Below are positions 19,451 through 29,599 of a DNA stretch of 64,000 bases, one piece after another; positions within the stretch are counted from its first letter, which is position 1; each line of letters begins with the position of its first letter. This DNA is from Syntrophales bacterium (GTDB taxonomy: Bacteria > Desulfobacterota > Syntrophia > Syntrophales > UBA2210). The notes below the pieces were generated by a model that did not search any database, was not told where the DNA came from, and worked only from the letters and a program-made list of their open reading frames with translations. A program made the translations under genes and the position numbers. The DNA lies in the NCBI GenBank assembly GCA_023228425.1, contig JALOBE010000002.1:83113-147112 (forward strand), read 5' to 3'.

Positions 19451-20227
19451 GTGTCGGTTCAGCGGGTGTACCGGCCGGCCCTGAGGCCGGGAACAACAAT
19501 GACCGAGCTGGACCGGGAGGACTTTCACTACCTGAAGCATGTCCTGAGGCTGAAGGTCGGTGATACGGTGATTCTCTTTGACGGTGTCGGCAATGAATAC
19601 GAGGCCGTCATCGATGATTTCGGTGCCTCCCGGGTACGCCTGGAAATCCGGGAAGAACGACCCGTCGACGATCCGGCGCCGCCGGTGATTCTGGCCCAGG
19701 CACTTCCCAAGGAAGGCAAGATGGATTTTATCGTTCAGAAGGCAACCGAGCTGGGCGTGAGGACCATCATCCCCTTCACCTCCTCCAGGACAATACCCAG
19801 ACTCACGGGCGAAAAGGCGGCAGCGCGGGTGAAACGCTGGCGGAAGATTGCCGCTGAAGCGTCAAAACAGTGCGGCAATGCCATTGTTCCCGAGGTTTCT
19901 GAAATCAGGACCTTCGAAGCCATGATAGATGAAGGGGCCCGGGCAAGCCTCCCTCTCTTCTTCTGGGAAGAGGAACACCATCGGGGCATCAGGGATATTT
20001 TCAGCACGCCCTTCAGGCCCGATCTGTCAGAGATTTCCATCGTTGTCGGCCCCGAGGGGGGCTTTTCCAGGGACGAGGCAACCGCCGCCCGGAACCGGGG
20101 CTTCATGACGGCGCACCTGGGACGCCGCATATTGAGAGTCGAGACGGCGGCCCTGGTCATCCTGTCGATTATCCAGTACGAAATCGGATCCATCGGAACG
20201 TCGCCGGAAAGGAACGATGTCCAATGA
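19451..20227 (+). CDS. rsmE: 16S rRNA (uracil1498-N3)-methyltransferase
   Basis: RsmE-like N-terminus (..HYLKHVLRLKVGD..LFDG) and C-terminal SPOUT knot (GPEGGFSRDE..LGRRILRVETA). The GTG start is 1 nt after the prmA stop; the ATG at 19499 is an alternative. Confidence 0.85.
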   Translation: MSVQRVYRPALRPGTTMTELDREDFHYLKHVLRLKVGDTVILFDGVGNEYEAVIDDFGASRVRLEIREERPVDDPAPPVILAQALPKEGKMDFIVQKATELGVRTIIPFTSSRTIPRLTGEKAAARVKRWRKIAAEASKQCGNAIVPEVSEIRTFEAMIDEGARASLPLFFWEEEHHRGIRDIFSTPFRPDLSEISIVVGPEGGFSRDEATAARNRGFMTAHLGRRILRVETAALVILSIIQYEIGSIGTSPERNDVQ

Positions 20228-20742
20228 GGTACCATCGCTACGGAGGGTTCTGGCGCCGCGCCCTGGCCATCTGGATGGATGGACTGATCATCCAGCTCCT
20301 CATAGCCCTTGCCTTCATAACCATTCGATTCACCCTCCCCGATTCCATGGGACAGTCCATGGGGAGCTATTCGACCTTCGTCACGAGCTATGTATACCTT
20401 TCCGTCGGCGTGCTCATGAATATGGCCTACTACACCATCTTTCACGGAGCAGGCGGGCAGACACCGGGGAAATGGGTTGTGGGTGTCAAAGTCATTCGGG
20501 ATACCGGGGAAGAGATGACCCTGGGATATGCCTTTCTCCGCTGGGTCGGATACCTGGTGTCGTACATGTTCCTGTGCCTGGGTTTTCTCTGGGCCGCCTT
20601 CGACGGCAGAAAGCAGGGCTGGCACGACAAAATTGCGGGAACTCTCGTGATCAGGACACGGGGGCGAAAGCGGACGCCGGATCAGGAAAGAAGCCTTTCC
20701 CCGGACAGGACGGCCCGGCACATTTCTCTTTCTTCCCCTTGA
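20224..20742 (+). CDS. RDD-family membrane protein
   Basis: GFWRRALAIWMDGLII, GQTPGKWVVGVKVI and WHDKIAGTLVI are RDD-domain hallmarks. Confidence 0.8.
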   Translation: MRYHRYGGFWRRALAIWMDGLIIQLLIALAFITIRFTLPDSMGQSMGSYSTFVTSYVYLSVGVLMNMAYYTIFHGAGGQTPGKWVVGVKVIRDTGEEMTLGYAFLRWVGYLVSYMFLCLGFLWAAFDGRKQGWHDKIAGTLVIRTRGRKRTPDQERSLSPDRTARHISLSSP

Positions 20743-20920
20743 AACGGTTTCGATGAAACAGGCACTCAAACCTGATATCGACGGGAGGGGAAAGTGCTTG
20801 ACAAAAAAATTTGAATCGGCTAATCATCGATTCCTCACAGGATCTACTGATTCCTCCGGGGTGAGTAGAAAACGAGACCTTTTAATTTTGTCATTTCAAG
20901 GTCTCAAAACGAAATAAAAT

Positions 20921-20996
20921 GGGTCGGTAGCTCAGTCGGTAGAGCACCGGACTGAAAATCCGGGTGTCGGCAGTTCAATTCTGCCCTGACCCACCA
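20921..20996 (+). tRNA. tRNA-Phe (anticodon GAA), CCA encoded
   Basis: Cloverleaf folded by eye: acceptor GGGTCGG/CTGACCC (one G-U pair), D-arm TAGCTCAGTCGGTAGAGCA, anticodon loop CTGAAAA, T-arm GGCAGTTCAATTCTGCC, then discriminator A and CCA. Confidence 0.95.
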
Positions 20997-21007
20997 GTCG
21001 AAAAGAA

Positions 21008-21037
21008 GGGTCGGCACTGTTTGCCGACCCTTTTTCT
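21008..21037 (+). terminator. rho-independent terminator after tRNA-Phe
   Basis: 9-bp GC-rich stem GGGTCGGCA/TGCCGACCC with a 5-nt loop, followed by TTTTTCT. Confidence 0.85.
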
Positions 21038-21454
21038 CAATACCGCTCTCAGCTGTCCCGCCGACGGTTCGCCCTCTGTGCCCTGCACGGATATGTTCCA
21101 TATTTTCTTGCGTTACAGTGCCGCTTCTGGGATGATACCGGATCATTACAACCATCGGAAGATGTCGTTCCCGGAATAGTCGGAAAACATCCGATGAAGG
21201 ACGGCTTTATAAATAAACAGTTCCTGAGGCATGGGGAGCACATCCCGATGACTGAGGAAAAACCGAAGAGCCGAAACGCTGCGAAAAAAAAAGATCCGTG
21301 TCTGTATTGTAGAGAAAAGTCCTTGCTTTCACGTGGAAGACACGTATTATAAAAAACACTTGATTCGATTCGTCGCAACACTTGACCGTCATGGGCTCCG
21401 GGAACGTCACGGAAAGGGTGATACCGTACAAACATCAACGAGAGAGGTGGCACC

Positions 21455-23008
21455 GTGAAACGACAGTCTTCGATATTTCTTGCCGGGTTGTTTCTGATCC
21501 TGTGTTTTGTTGTCCCTGCATCCCAGGCATCCGGCAATGAGTCTCCTGAGGAACTGCTGCAGCGGGGTATCAGGGAATACCGGATGGACTATTATGAAGA
21601 AGCCATCGAGACGCTGACAGCCGTCCGGGAGTTCCTGCCCCAATCGTCGCTTGCCGCCTTCATGCTGGGCATGGCCTACAAACAGATCATGGACTACCAG
21701 AAAGCCCTTCCTCACTTCCAGGATGCCGTCACCCTGGAACCGCGCATCAGAGAAGCTCTCCCTGAACTGATCAACACCCACTACCGGCTGGGCAACCTCG
21801 AGGAGGCACACCGCTGGATAGCCCTTGCGGAAAAAGAGGATGTCCTCCCGGCGACGGTGTCATTTCTCAAGGGCCTGGTTCTTCAGAAGGAAGGCAAACA
21901 CCCGGAGTCCGTGGAAGCCTTTGAACGGGCGAAGAAGCTTGATCCGAAGATAACCCAGTCGGCGGATTTCCAGATCGGCCTCTCCTACATGATGGCCCGC
22001 AAGTTCAGGGAGGCCGGCGAGCGCTTCCAGGCTGCCGTGGTAGCTGATCCGGCGACGGACCTGGGAACCTACGCGCGGCGTTACCAGGATCTGGTGGACC
22101 AGCGTGTTTTTCTGGAACGCCCCTGGCGCTTTACCCTGGGCCTTTTCGGCCGAATGGACAGCAACGTCATATCCAAACCGGAGGACTCGGCGATTGCCGG
22201 CGGTATCACCAACGAATCGAGCCTGGCCTTCACGCCTTCCTTCAGGATCGATTACGTTCCCGTTCTCGAGGGGCGGAAGCTCTTCAACGCCAGCTATTCA
22301 CTGGGAACCGTTTTTCTCGACAAGAACGCCTCAACCCACAACATGATCGGCAACATCGTCTCGCTCAACCCGGGGTACCGTTTCGAGCGATCGGCGCTCA
22401 ACTTCAACGTCAGCTACGGCCACTATATGCTGGGCGGCAGGCGCTATGTGGAAATGCTGTCGGCGGGCCCCCTCTACCGCTACCTGCTCAACAACACCAA
22501 CATCATTGAAGTATTTGCCGGATATGCCGTCAACAACTATTTCCAGCCCGTCGTGCCTCCCGATATCGAGAACGACCGTGACAGCGAAGGTATCAGGGCC
22601 TACGTGAGCTGGGTGTGGCTCTTCGCCCGTGATTCCTTCTTCAACGCCCGGTACGAGTTTACCGACGAAAACGCCGACGGACTTCGATATGACAACCGGG
22701 GACACCGGTTCAGCCTCAACACCATCTTCCCCATTGCCGACGATGTCAAGATCCAGGCAAGCATCGGCTACTTCCTGCGCGACTTCAGTTATACCCTCCC
22801 CTACCCGGAACCCCTGGGAGGCGGTTTTATACTCCTGGACAAAAAGCGCAAGGACAACCAATACTCCCTTTCCCTCGGGCTGACCTGGGAGGTGACGAGA
22901 CAGCTCAACGCCATCGTTTCGTATTCAGGGTTGAGAAACCGTTCGAATGACGTCCTGAACACCTACACGCGGCATGTCGTCACAACGGGCATAGAGTACA
23001 AGTTCTGA
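21455..23008 (+). CDS. outer-membrane protein: signal peptide, TPR repeats and a C-terminal predicted beta-barrel
   Basis: GTG start. Signal peptide ending ASQASG. TPR-like helices over the first ~200 aa. The C-terminal half has alternating aromatic/polar beta-strand patterning and ends ...TGIEYKF (terminal Phe, an OMP signature). Confidence 0.7.
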   Translation: MKRQSSIFLAGLFLILCFVVPASQASGNESPEELLQRGIREYRMDYYEEAIETLTAVREFLPQSSLAAFMLGMAYKQIMDYQKALPHFQDAVTLEPRIREALPELINTHYRLGNLEEAHRWIALAEKEDVLPATVSFLKGLVLQKEGKHPESVEAFERAKKLDPKITQSADFQIGLSYMMARKFREAGERFQAAVVADPATDLGTYARRYQDLVDQRVFLERPWRFTLGLFGRMDSNVISKPEDSAIAGGITNESSLAFTPSFRIDYVPVLEGRKLFNASYSLGTVFLDKNASTHNMIGNIVSLNPGYRFERSALNFNVSYGHYMLGGRRYVEMLSAGPLYRYLLNNTNIIEVFAGYAVNNYFQPVVPPDIENDRDSEGIRAYVSWVWLFARDSFFNARYEFTDENADGLRYDNRGHRFSLNTIFPIADDVKIQASIGYFLRDFSYTLPYPEPLGGGFILLDKKRKDNQYSLSLGLTWEVTRQLNAIVSYSGLRNRSNDVLNTYTRHVVTTGIEYKF

Positions 23009-23028
23009 TCCAAGAGGAGGCCTTTATC

Positions 23029-25173
23029 ATGAGAAAATTATGGATTGCGTTTGTCCTTCTGGCCCTGGTTTCGCTCCTCCCTTTTACGGCCCTGGCGACT
23101 CCCGTCGGCATTGTGACCGCCATCGAAGGCCGGGCCGACATCACCCGGGGTGACGATCCCGCCCGGCCCGCCGCGGTGGGCGACGAGGTCCATATGGGAG
23201 ATTTCCTGCGCACCATGACGAAGTCGCGCCTGGAGCTGACTTTCATCGATGACAGCGTCACCCGGCTCGCCCCGCTCTCGCGTCTGCGGGTAACGGAGTT
23301 TCTCTTTGACGCCGATAAGCGGACGGGTACCATCGATCTCCTGAGGGGCAAGGTCCAGAGCGTCCTGGTAAAAGCCACCCCGGACAGTGTGTACGAGGTT
23401 CACACTCCCACGGCCGTTGCCGGGGTCAGGGGCACCACTTTCTTCGTCTACTTTCGTGACGGTGTTACCGGAGGTGCCAGCAGAGAGGGAACCTTCTATG
23501 TCTACAGCAGGGGCCGTCCCGACCAGGTTCGGATCGTGAGGCCCGGCCAGGCCTTCCTGGTGCTCGGAGCTGACGAGATTCCCATTGTCAGGCCCGCCAC
23601 GGAGGAGGAACTGGAACGTCACCTCGACGACACCACTATCCGCAAGGGTGAGGCTTTGGGTGATGGGGAAGACCCCCTCAACGGCGGCGACATGGCCGGT
23701 GATGCCGAAAGCGGCGAGCGCTACGCCGATGCCGCCGACCCTGATACGGATCTCCCCGGACTCGATCCGGACAGGGACCCCATGCCGGATCAGACACTCC
23801 CCCCGGAACCCCCGCTGCCTGAACTGCAGCCCGAGTCTGAACCGCAGCCCGAGCCCTTTGCGGGAGTGAACATATCCGGTACAAGCAACTACAATAACTG
23901 GGCTTTCGTACATCTCTCCCTGGTCGCTTCAAGCCCGGGGATAATGGAAGTAGACGGAGAAATCCATGACCCGTCTTTCGGCCCCGTGCTTTATCCAAGC
24001 TGGAGCGCTCCCGTAAGCATAGACGACGGCACCCAGCGTCTCGACGGCATCTTTGCTGGAGCCAAGTGGATTGACGGCTGGTTCGGCCTCCTCCCGGGGT
24101 TTCATGTGAGAGATGACGGTCTTCTGGGCTACACGCTCGGCATGCTCGAAGGAAGCGGTGAGGTGCCGGGTCAAGGAGGAGTCTACGAGTTCGATGGCGG
24201 CGGCCCAGCCGATTATGTGCTCCTGACCACGGAACCCGGAATCTTTGAGGTCGATGACAACCCAATATTTGATGAAGATATGTGGGGTACCTGGAAGTTC
24301 TCGGACGGCGGAGGAGAGCCCTTGCCTCTTACCTTCAATAACGCCAGGACCGTAACCTGGTCGATCAGGGAGCAGGGTGGCGACGAAGCCAGTGTCGCGA
24401 CGATATTATTTGAAGGATTCGGGATAGGAGCAACTACCGAAGCTCTTATAACGACCTGGGGTGATCTGCTTGTTGAACTGAACCTTGGAACGGAAAAACC
24501 CCGGGCGTATCTCAGAAGTAAAGATATCCCAATCATCCCAATCGGAGACGGCGGCACCTTTGAACAAACGATGACCGGCTCCTGGATCGATATAGACGAT
24601 GCCGTGACAGGAGTCCTGGGAGGCATGATAAGGGGGGGCATCTTTGAAGAGAGGGAACAGAATGAGCTAACGGGGGTTCCCTGGTATGCCATGGCCGGAG
24701 GGATTTTCCTGGAAACGTCGGCATTCCTTGATATGGTGGCGGATGACCCCGCAACCCTCGGGGCACTGAACATTCCCTTCGTCGAGGTGGGCAGGACCAC
24801 CCTATCCGGTGCGAGCGAGGGGGAGGGGCCACACGGCGGCACTATCCCCTCGTTGACGATGGACGATGTACGGTTTTTCTCCTATAGCCCCGGAGGAGCC
24901 CCCCTGATATGGGCAACGGGAGCTGTGACTGGAACGTATGAGGGTAACCCTGCCGGCGCCCACGGGAGTTGGAATACATCAGACTGGGAAGAAGGCGGTT
25001 TTTCAGTAACGAGCTGGGACGGAGGCTCCTGGGCAGCCGACATTGACGGTGGCGGGAGCGTTACCGGTATCGGGAACGTATCGATCCTGGGCGGAGCGGC
25101 AGGTTCCTACGCTGCCGGCCCGGGGCCTGCCGGTACTTTCGAGGGAACGGCTTCAGGTGTGGTTGTTCCTTAA
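23029..25173 (+). CDS. secreted FecR-domain protein with Pro/Asp/Glu linker and a large uncharacterised Gly/Trp-rich C-terminal region
   Basis: Signal peptide MRKLWIAFVLLALVSLLPFTALA. FecR-type segment GIVTAIEGRADITRGD...GDFLRT...VHTPTAVAGVRGTTFFV. Linker PEPPLPELQPESEPQPEP. Confidence 0.75.
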   Translation: MRKLWIAFVLLALVSLLPFTALATPVGIVTAIEGRADITRGDDPARPAAVGDEVHMGDFLRTMTKSRLELTFIDDSVTRLAPLSRLRVTEFLFDADKRTGTIDLLRGKVQSVLVKATPDSVYEVHTPTAVAGVRGTTFFVYFRDGVTGGASREGTFYVYSRGRPDQVRIVRPGQAFLVLGADEIPIVRPATEEELERHLDDTTIRKGEALGDGEDPLNGGDMAGDAESGERYADAADPDTDLPGLDPDRDPMPDQTLPPEPPLPELQPESEPQPEPFAGVNISGTSNYNNWAFVHLSLVASSPGIMEVDGEIHDPSFGPVLYPSWSAPVSIDDGTQRLDGIFAGAKWIDGWFGLLPGFHVRDDGLLGYTLGMLEGSGEVPGQGGVYEFDGGGPADYVLLTTEPGIFEVDDNPIFDEDMWGTWKFSDGGGEPLPLTFNNARTVTWSIREQGGDEASVATILFEGFGIGATTEALITTWGDLLVELNLGTEKPRAYLRSKDIPIIPIGDGGTFEQTMTGSWIDIDDAVTGVLGGMIRGGIFEEREQNELTGVPWYAMAGGIFLETSAFLDMVADDPATLGALNIPFVEVGRTTLSGASEGEGPHGGTIPSLTMDDVRFFSYSPGGAPLIWATGAVTGTYEGNPAGAHGSWNTSDWEEGGFSVTSWDGGSWAADIDGGGSVTGIGNVSILGGAAGSYAAGPGPAGTFEGTASGVVVP

Positions 25174-25381
25174 TGTTCCATGGGGAACTGGCATTTTCCG
25201 ACTCAAGGATGATGGTGATCTCCCGGCAGTCTCCGGCAATTCACGCGGGACGGGCGGTGTCGCTTTACAACTTCAGGCACCACCGGGGACGCGGCAAAGG
25301 CGGTTCTGATTTAAGGGCCACCCCATTCACGGCATTGTATCCACCTGGATATATGCCCCGTCGTAATTTGGAGGTGTTACA

Positions 25382-25936
25382 ATGACCCGTTACATCGTTT
25401 TAGTCTGTTCGGCGATAGTGATTGCCCTGTGGTTCGGATATGCCTGGGCGGAACCGCAGATGAACCCCGGAAACTGGGAGATCACCACAAACATTGAAAT
25501 GGCCGGCCTGCCCACTCAGAGCATGACACAGACCATCTGTATCACCGAAGACGACCTGGTCCCCGTGAGTCCCGATGAAAGCAGCGAGTGCAAAATCACG
25601 GACATCAAAACCAGCGGAGACACCGTGTCCTGGAAAATGACCTGCAGCGCTGACGGGGGTGGCATGGACGGCAGGGGGCAGGCTACCTATAGGGACGACA
25701 GCATGCATGGTTCGATGACCATGGTCATGAAACCCGACGGAACGGAGATAAGAAACACCTTTTCAGGTCGCCGCGTGGGCGGATGCGACGGCTCATCAAC
25801 CAGGTCCAACGCGGGTGAGGGCTTGGCCGACGATGCCAGGGATATTGGAAGGGCAGCCAGGGACGAAGCCAAGGCAAGTGTCGTGGATGAGGTTCGCCAG
25901 GGCGTCAGGGGTGCCGTACGGGGTCTTTTTAAATAA
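25382..25936 (+). CDS. DUF3617-like small secreted protein
   Basis: Signal peptide, then the PGNWEIT...C.T......C......G......W...C pattern I associate with DUF3617. Confidence 0.55.
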   Translation: MTRYIVLVCSAIVIALWFGYAWAEPQMNPGNWEITTNIEMAGLPTQSMTQTICITEDDLVPVSPDESSECKITDIKTSGDTVSWKMTCSADGGGMDGRGQATYRDDSMHGSMTMVMKPDGTEIRNTFSGRRVGGCDGSSTRSNAGEGLADDARDIGRAARDEAKASVVDEVRQGVRGAVRGLFK

Positions 25937-26185
25937 CTTCTGTTCCCGCCGGAAGCTATCGACGCCGGACGTTCCCGGCGTCGATAGCCGCGTACAAAGC
26001 ACCGTCGGGCGAACTTCCAGGCAACAGAGACATACGTATATGAAATCATTAAGTACACAATTGTTAGTTCGGTCTCCTTCTCCGGGTTCGCCGGCGCGTC
26101 CATACTCGACGATGCCCGCTTACGGCACGTTAGTTGTATGTTACAGGACCGCCGGAGGCGGACCGGGACGCTTCTAACGAACTCG

Positions 26186-27982
26186 TCATTGTTGTTGCTT
26201 TTTTTCTTCCTCCTCCTGAAGCACACGTTTGAGGACCTTCCCGATGAGCGACTTGGGCAGGGAGTCCCGGAATTCAACGTGTTTCGGCACTTTGTAGGCT
26301 GTCAGCCGTTCTTTGCAAAAGGCCTTGAGTTCCTCGGCCGTACATTGCTGTCCGGACCTCAGCACGACCCATGCCTTGACCGCCTCTCCCCGCTCGGGGT
26401 CTTTAACGCCCGCCACGCCCACCTCCATAACCGCCGGATGGGCCGCGATGACCTCCTCCACTTCCACCGGAAAGACCTGATGACCACTGGGCTTGATCAT
26501 CTCCTTTTTCCGCGATGTAATATACAGATAGCCGTCACCGTCCAGGTGCCCGATGTCGCCGGTGTACAGCCATCCGTCACGGATCATCTCCTTCGTGGCA
26601 TCGGGATTTTTCCAGTAACCCTGCATCAGGTGGGGTGCCCTGGCGATAATCTCTCCGGTCTCGCCAGGAGCCATCTCCGTTTTTCCGTCCACGATATCGA
26701 CGATCCTGACTTCCACATCGGGTGTGGGCAGTCCGACGGCCCCTTCTTTCCACGTCCCCTGTATGGGCCCCATGGCGATAATGCCGGATTCCGTGAGACC
26801 ATAGGCTTCGACAAGCTTTCCCCCGGTCAGCGCCTCCCACCTCTTCTTGGTTTCCGGCAACAACGGCGCGGCGGCGGCAACACACATTTTCATGGACTTG
26901 AAGTCGATGGCACCTGACTTCACATCGGGATGATTCATCAGGCCCACAAAAAGCGGGGCTATGGCGGGGAAAAATTTCGGCTTCGTTGCCTTGATGGTGG
27001 CAAGCAGATCGGGAACGTCACGGGGATTCGGTACCAGAGCGATGGGCACCCTGGCGTTCAGTATGGTCGAAACCAGAATGATATTCCCGTAGATGTGGAA
27101 CAGCGGCATCAGCAGGATGGTCACGTCCTCCCAGTCCGTCAGCACCGTGCCGAACCAGGCGCGTGTCTGCATGCCGTTCATCATGATAGCGCCGTGAGAG
27201 AGCATGACACCCTTGGGAACACCCGTGGTGCCTCCACTGAAGAGGATCAGGCCGGTCTCGTCAAAGCCGGGCCGTATGTCGGGAAGCGGGGAGCGCGCAT
27301 ATTCCCGAATGACCTCCTGGAGCCATAGATCGCCTGGTCTGAGCTCCACGTAATGGCCCTGTTTCTTTTCCATCAGGAGCCCGAAGATGAACCTCTTGAA
27401 GGGAGCCAGGTACTCCTTGACTCCCGTTGCGATTACCGTCTTTACGCCGGTTCGGGGCTGCACGTTTTTCAGTTGATCGTAGAAGGGGGTCATAACGATG
27501 GCCAGTTCCGCACCGCAGTCCTCAAGGGTGTGCTCGAGCTCGGAATCGCTGTAGAGCGGATTGACCGGTACGGCAATGGCGCCTGCCCTCCACGCCGCAA
27601 ACTGACAAATAAGCATCTGGGGTATGTTCGGCAGGAGCAGCGCCACCCGGTCGCCCTTCATCACACCGAGGCCGACCAGTGCCCGCGTCGTATCTTCCAC
27701 GTACTTCTGAAACCGGGAATAGGTGATGACATTGCCCTTAAACCACATCATCATATGGTCCGGCCGCTGTCTGGTGGTTTCAGCAACGACGTCCAACAGA
27801 TTCTTGTCCGGGTAGGGCGCAAGGGTGTGCGGCACCCCCGCATCATAACTCTTGAACCAGGGATAATCAGCCAAAGCGCACCTCCTTCCAGGTGTGGGTT
27901 GTTGATAACCGGCCCGCGAGGACGAATGATGGCCGCCGTGCATTGTTCGAGAGAACTGATCGTGTGTGAAAGGAAAAATCAA
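26186..27982 (-). CDS. long-chain fatty acid-CoA ligase (AMP-forming, FadD-like)
   Basis: AMP-binding motifs FSGGTTGVPKGVMLSH, YGLTESG and TGDIGHLDGDGYLYITSRKKEMI. The true start may be an internal Met downstream of 27982. Confidence 0.88.
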   Translation of the reverse strand: MIFPFTHDQFSRTMHGGHHSSSRAGYQQPTPGRRCALADYPWFKSYDAGVPHTLAPYPDKNLLDVVAETTRQRPDHMMMWFKGNVITYSRFQKYVEDTTRALVGLGVMKGDRVALLLPNIPQMLICQFAAWRAGAIAVPVNPLYSDSELEHTLEDCGAELAIVMTPFYDQLKNVQPRTGVKTVIATGVKEYLAPFKRFIFGLLMEKKQGHYVELRPGDLWLQEVIREYARSPLPDIRPGFDETGLILFSGGTTGVPKGVMLSHGAIMMNGMQTRAWFGTVLTDWEDVTILLMPLFHIYGNIILVSTILNARVPIALVPNPRDVPDLLATIKATKPKFFPAIAPLFVGLMNHPDVKSGAIDFKSMKMCVAAAAPLLPETKKRWEALTGGKLVEAYGLTESGIIAMGPIQGTWKEGAVGLPTPDVEVRIVDIVDGKTEMAPGETGEIIARAPHLMQGYWKNPDATKEMIRDGWLYTGDIGHLDGDGYLYITSRKKEMIKPSGHQVFPVEVEEVIAAHPAVMEVGVAGVKDPERGEAVKAWVVLRSGQQCTAEELKAFCKERLTAYKVPKHVEFRDSLPKSLIGKVLKRVLQEEEEKKQQQ

Positions 27983-28443
27983 AAATATTGTCGCATATCC
28001 CTGCTTCCAAAATCAATGGCGGATTTCCGGACTCTTTCCGCTGGAAATACATCATACAAACTGCTATATTCGAGCAATCCGATCCCGATCACAGCATCTC
28101 GAAGCTCCTGGACAAGAAGTGAAGATTCCGAAACCGGGACGACTCCCGACCCGGATGATCGTCGATGCGCGGGGCCCTGTCGGGGTTACTCATCATGAGG
28201 CTTCCATGGCCGGCGTCGCCGGAAACAGAGACCGACGGGACCAACCGAGATTGAATGAATGCTGGACCGCGGCCCTGCAGGGGAACGGACGTCCTTCCTT
28301 CCCGATTGCAATCAAGGTACCTCGACGACAGCATGACATACTCTTCAAAGCACCTCGACGGTCGGTGAAACCCGGTCTGCTGCCGCGAGCCGCCATAGAA
28401 AACCGGAAGCCGGATCGTATCGTTACCGGGGGGAACACATGCC

Positions 28444-29529
28444 ATGACCGAACAGCCGGACTCGAAAAACCACACCGACGCTCGGGGAAAGAAGAAGCGA
28501 TCGGGAGGAAACAAAACTGAGATAAAAAGCGTTAACCTGGCCCTTCAGGGCGGTGGATCCCACGGAGCCTTTACCTGGGGTGTTCTGGATCGCCTGCTTG
28601 AAGACGGCAGGATTGTCATCGAAGGAATCAGCGGCACCAGCGCCGGTGCCATGAATGCCGTGGTCGTTGCCGACGGTCTGATGCGAGGCCACAGGGAGGG
28701 CGCGAGAAGGGCCCTTCATGATTTCTGGCATGCCGTAAGTGCGGCCTCCATCTTCAGCCCGATCCAGCGAACCCCGGCGGATATCGCTGCCGGACGGTGG
28801 AATCTCGACCTTTCACCGGGCTTTATGCTCTTCGATATGCTGGAACGTTCAGTATCGCCCTATCTGCTGAACCCACTGAACATAAACCCGCTGCGCGAAC
28901 TCCTGGCCAGCCGTGTAGACTTTGAACGGGTGCGAAGCTGCGACAAGGTCAAGCTCTTCATATCCGCAACGAATGTACGAACAGGTCACGTCAAGGTCTT
29001 CGAACGGTCGGAAATGACCGTTGACATGGTGATGGCTTCCGCCTGCCTGCCCTTTCTCTCCCAGGCGGTCGAAATCGATGGGGACGCCTATTGGGACGGC
29101 GGCTACATGGGAAACCCGGTCCTCTATCCCTTCGCCTACCGATGCCGGGGCAGGGACGTGGTGATCGTGCAGATCAATCCTCTTTACCGTCATGACATCC
29201 CCCGGACCGCCCAGGAGATTCTCAACCGGGTCAACGAAATAACCTTTAACGGCAGCCTCATGAAGGAACTGAGGGCGATTGAGTTTGTCGGTCGGCTGCT
29301 GGACGCTGAAAGTCTTGACCCCGGCCGTTACAAGAAGATGCTGATCCACATGATCGATTTCGATGCCGCCAACCGGCCGCTCAACGTCTCGAGCAAATTG
29401 AATGCCGGCTGGGACTTTCTGACCTTCCTTCATCGGGAGGGAAGACATGCGGCAGCCGAATGGCTCGACAGGCATTACGACAGCCTCGGAAGGGAATCTT
29501 CCCTTGACGTGCGCTCGCTTTTTTCCTGA
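28444..29529 (+). CDS. patatin-like phospholipase (intact paralogue)
   Basis: Oxyanion GGGSHGAF, nucleophile elbow GTSAG, and catalytic Asp in YWDGGYMGNPV. Confidence 0.9.
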   Translation: MTEQPDSKNHTDARGKKKRSGGNKTEIKSVNLALQGGGSHGAFTWGVLDRLLEDGRIVIEGISGTSAGAMNAVVVADGLMRGHREGARRALHDFWHAVSAASIFSPIQRTPADIAAGRWNLDLSPGFMLFDMLERSVSPYLLNPLNINPLRELLASRVDFERVRSCDKVKLFISATNVRTGHVKVFERSEMTVDMVMASACLPFLSQAVEIDGDAYWDGGYMGNPVLYPFAYRCRGRDVVIVQINPLYRHDIPRTAQEILNRVNEITFNGSLMKELRAIEFVGRLLDAESLDPGRYKKMLIHMIDFDAANRPLNVSSKLNAGWDFLTFLHREGRHAAAEWLDRHYDSLGRESSLDVRSLFS

Positions 29530-29599
29530 GAGGCGGATCGCCTGTTTGAAAACCGCACCGCACCAGACAGCCCCGGCAGGGCCGTAAAAAGGGGGAACA

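Noticed and set aside
20997-21454. The tRNA-Phe 3' flank could be an integration hotspot, since it is a 450-bp AT-richer non-coding stretch.
   Set aside because: There is no integrase and no repeat of the tRNA 3' end downstream. The only ORF (21049-21537, minus strand) has improbable composition and overlaps the start of the next gene.
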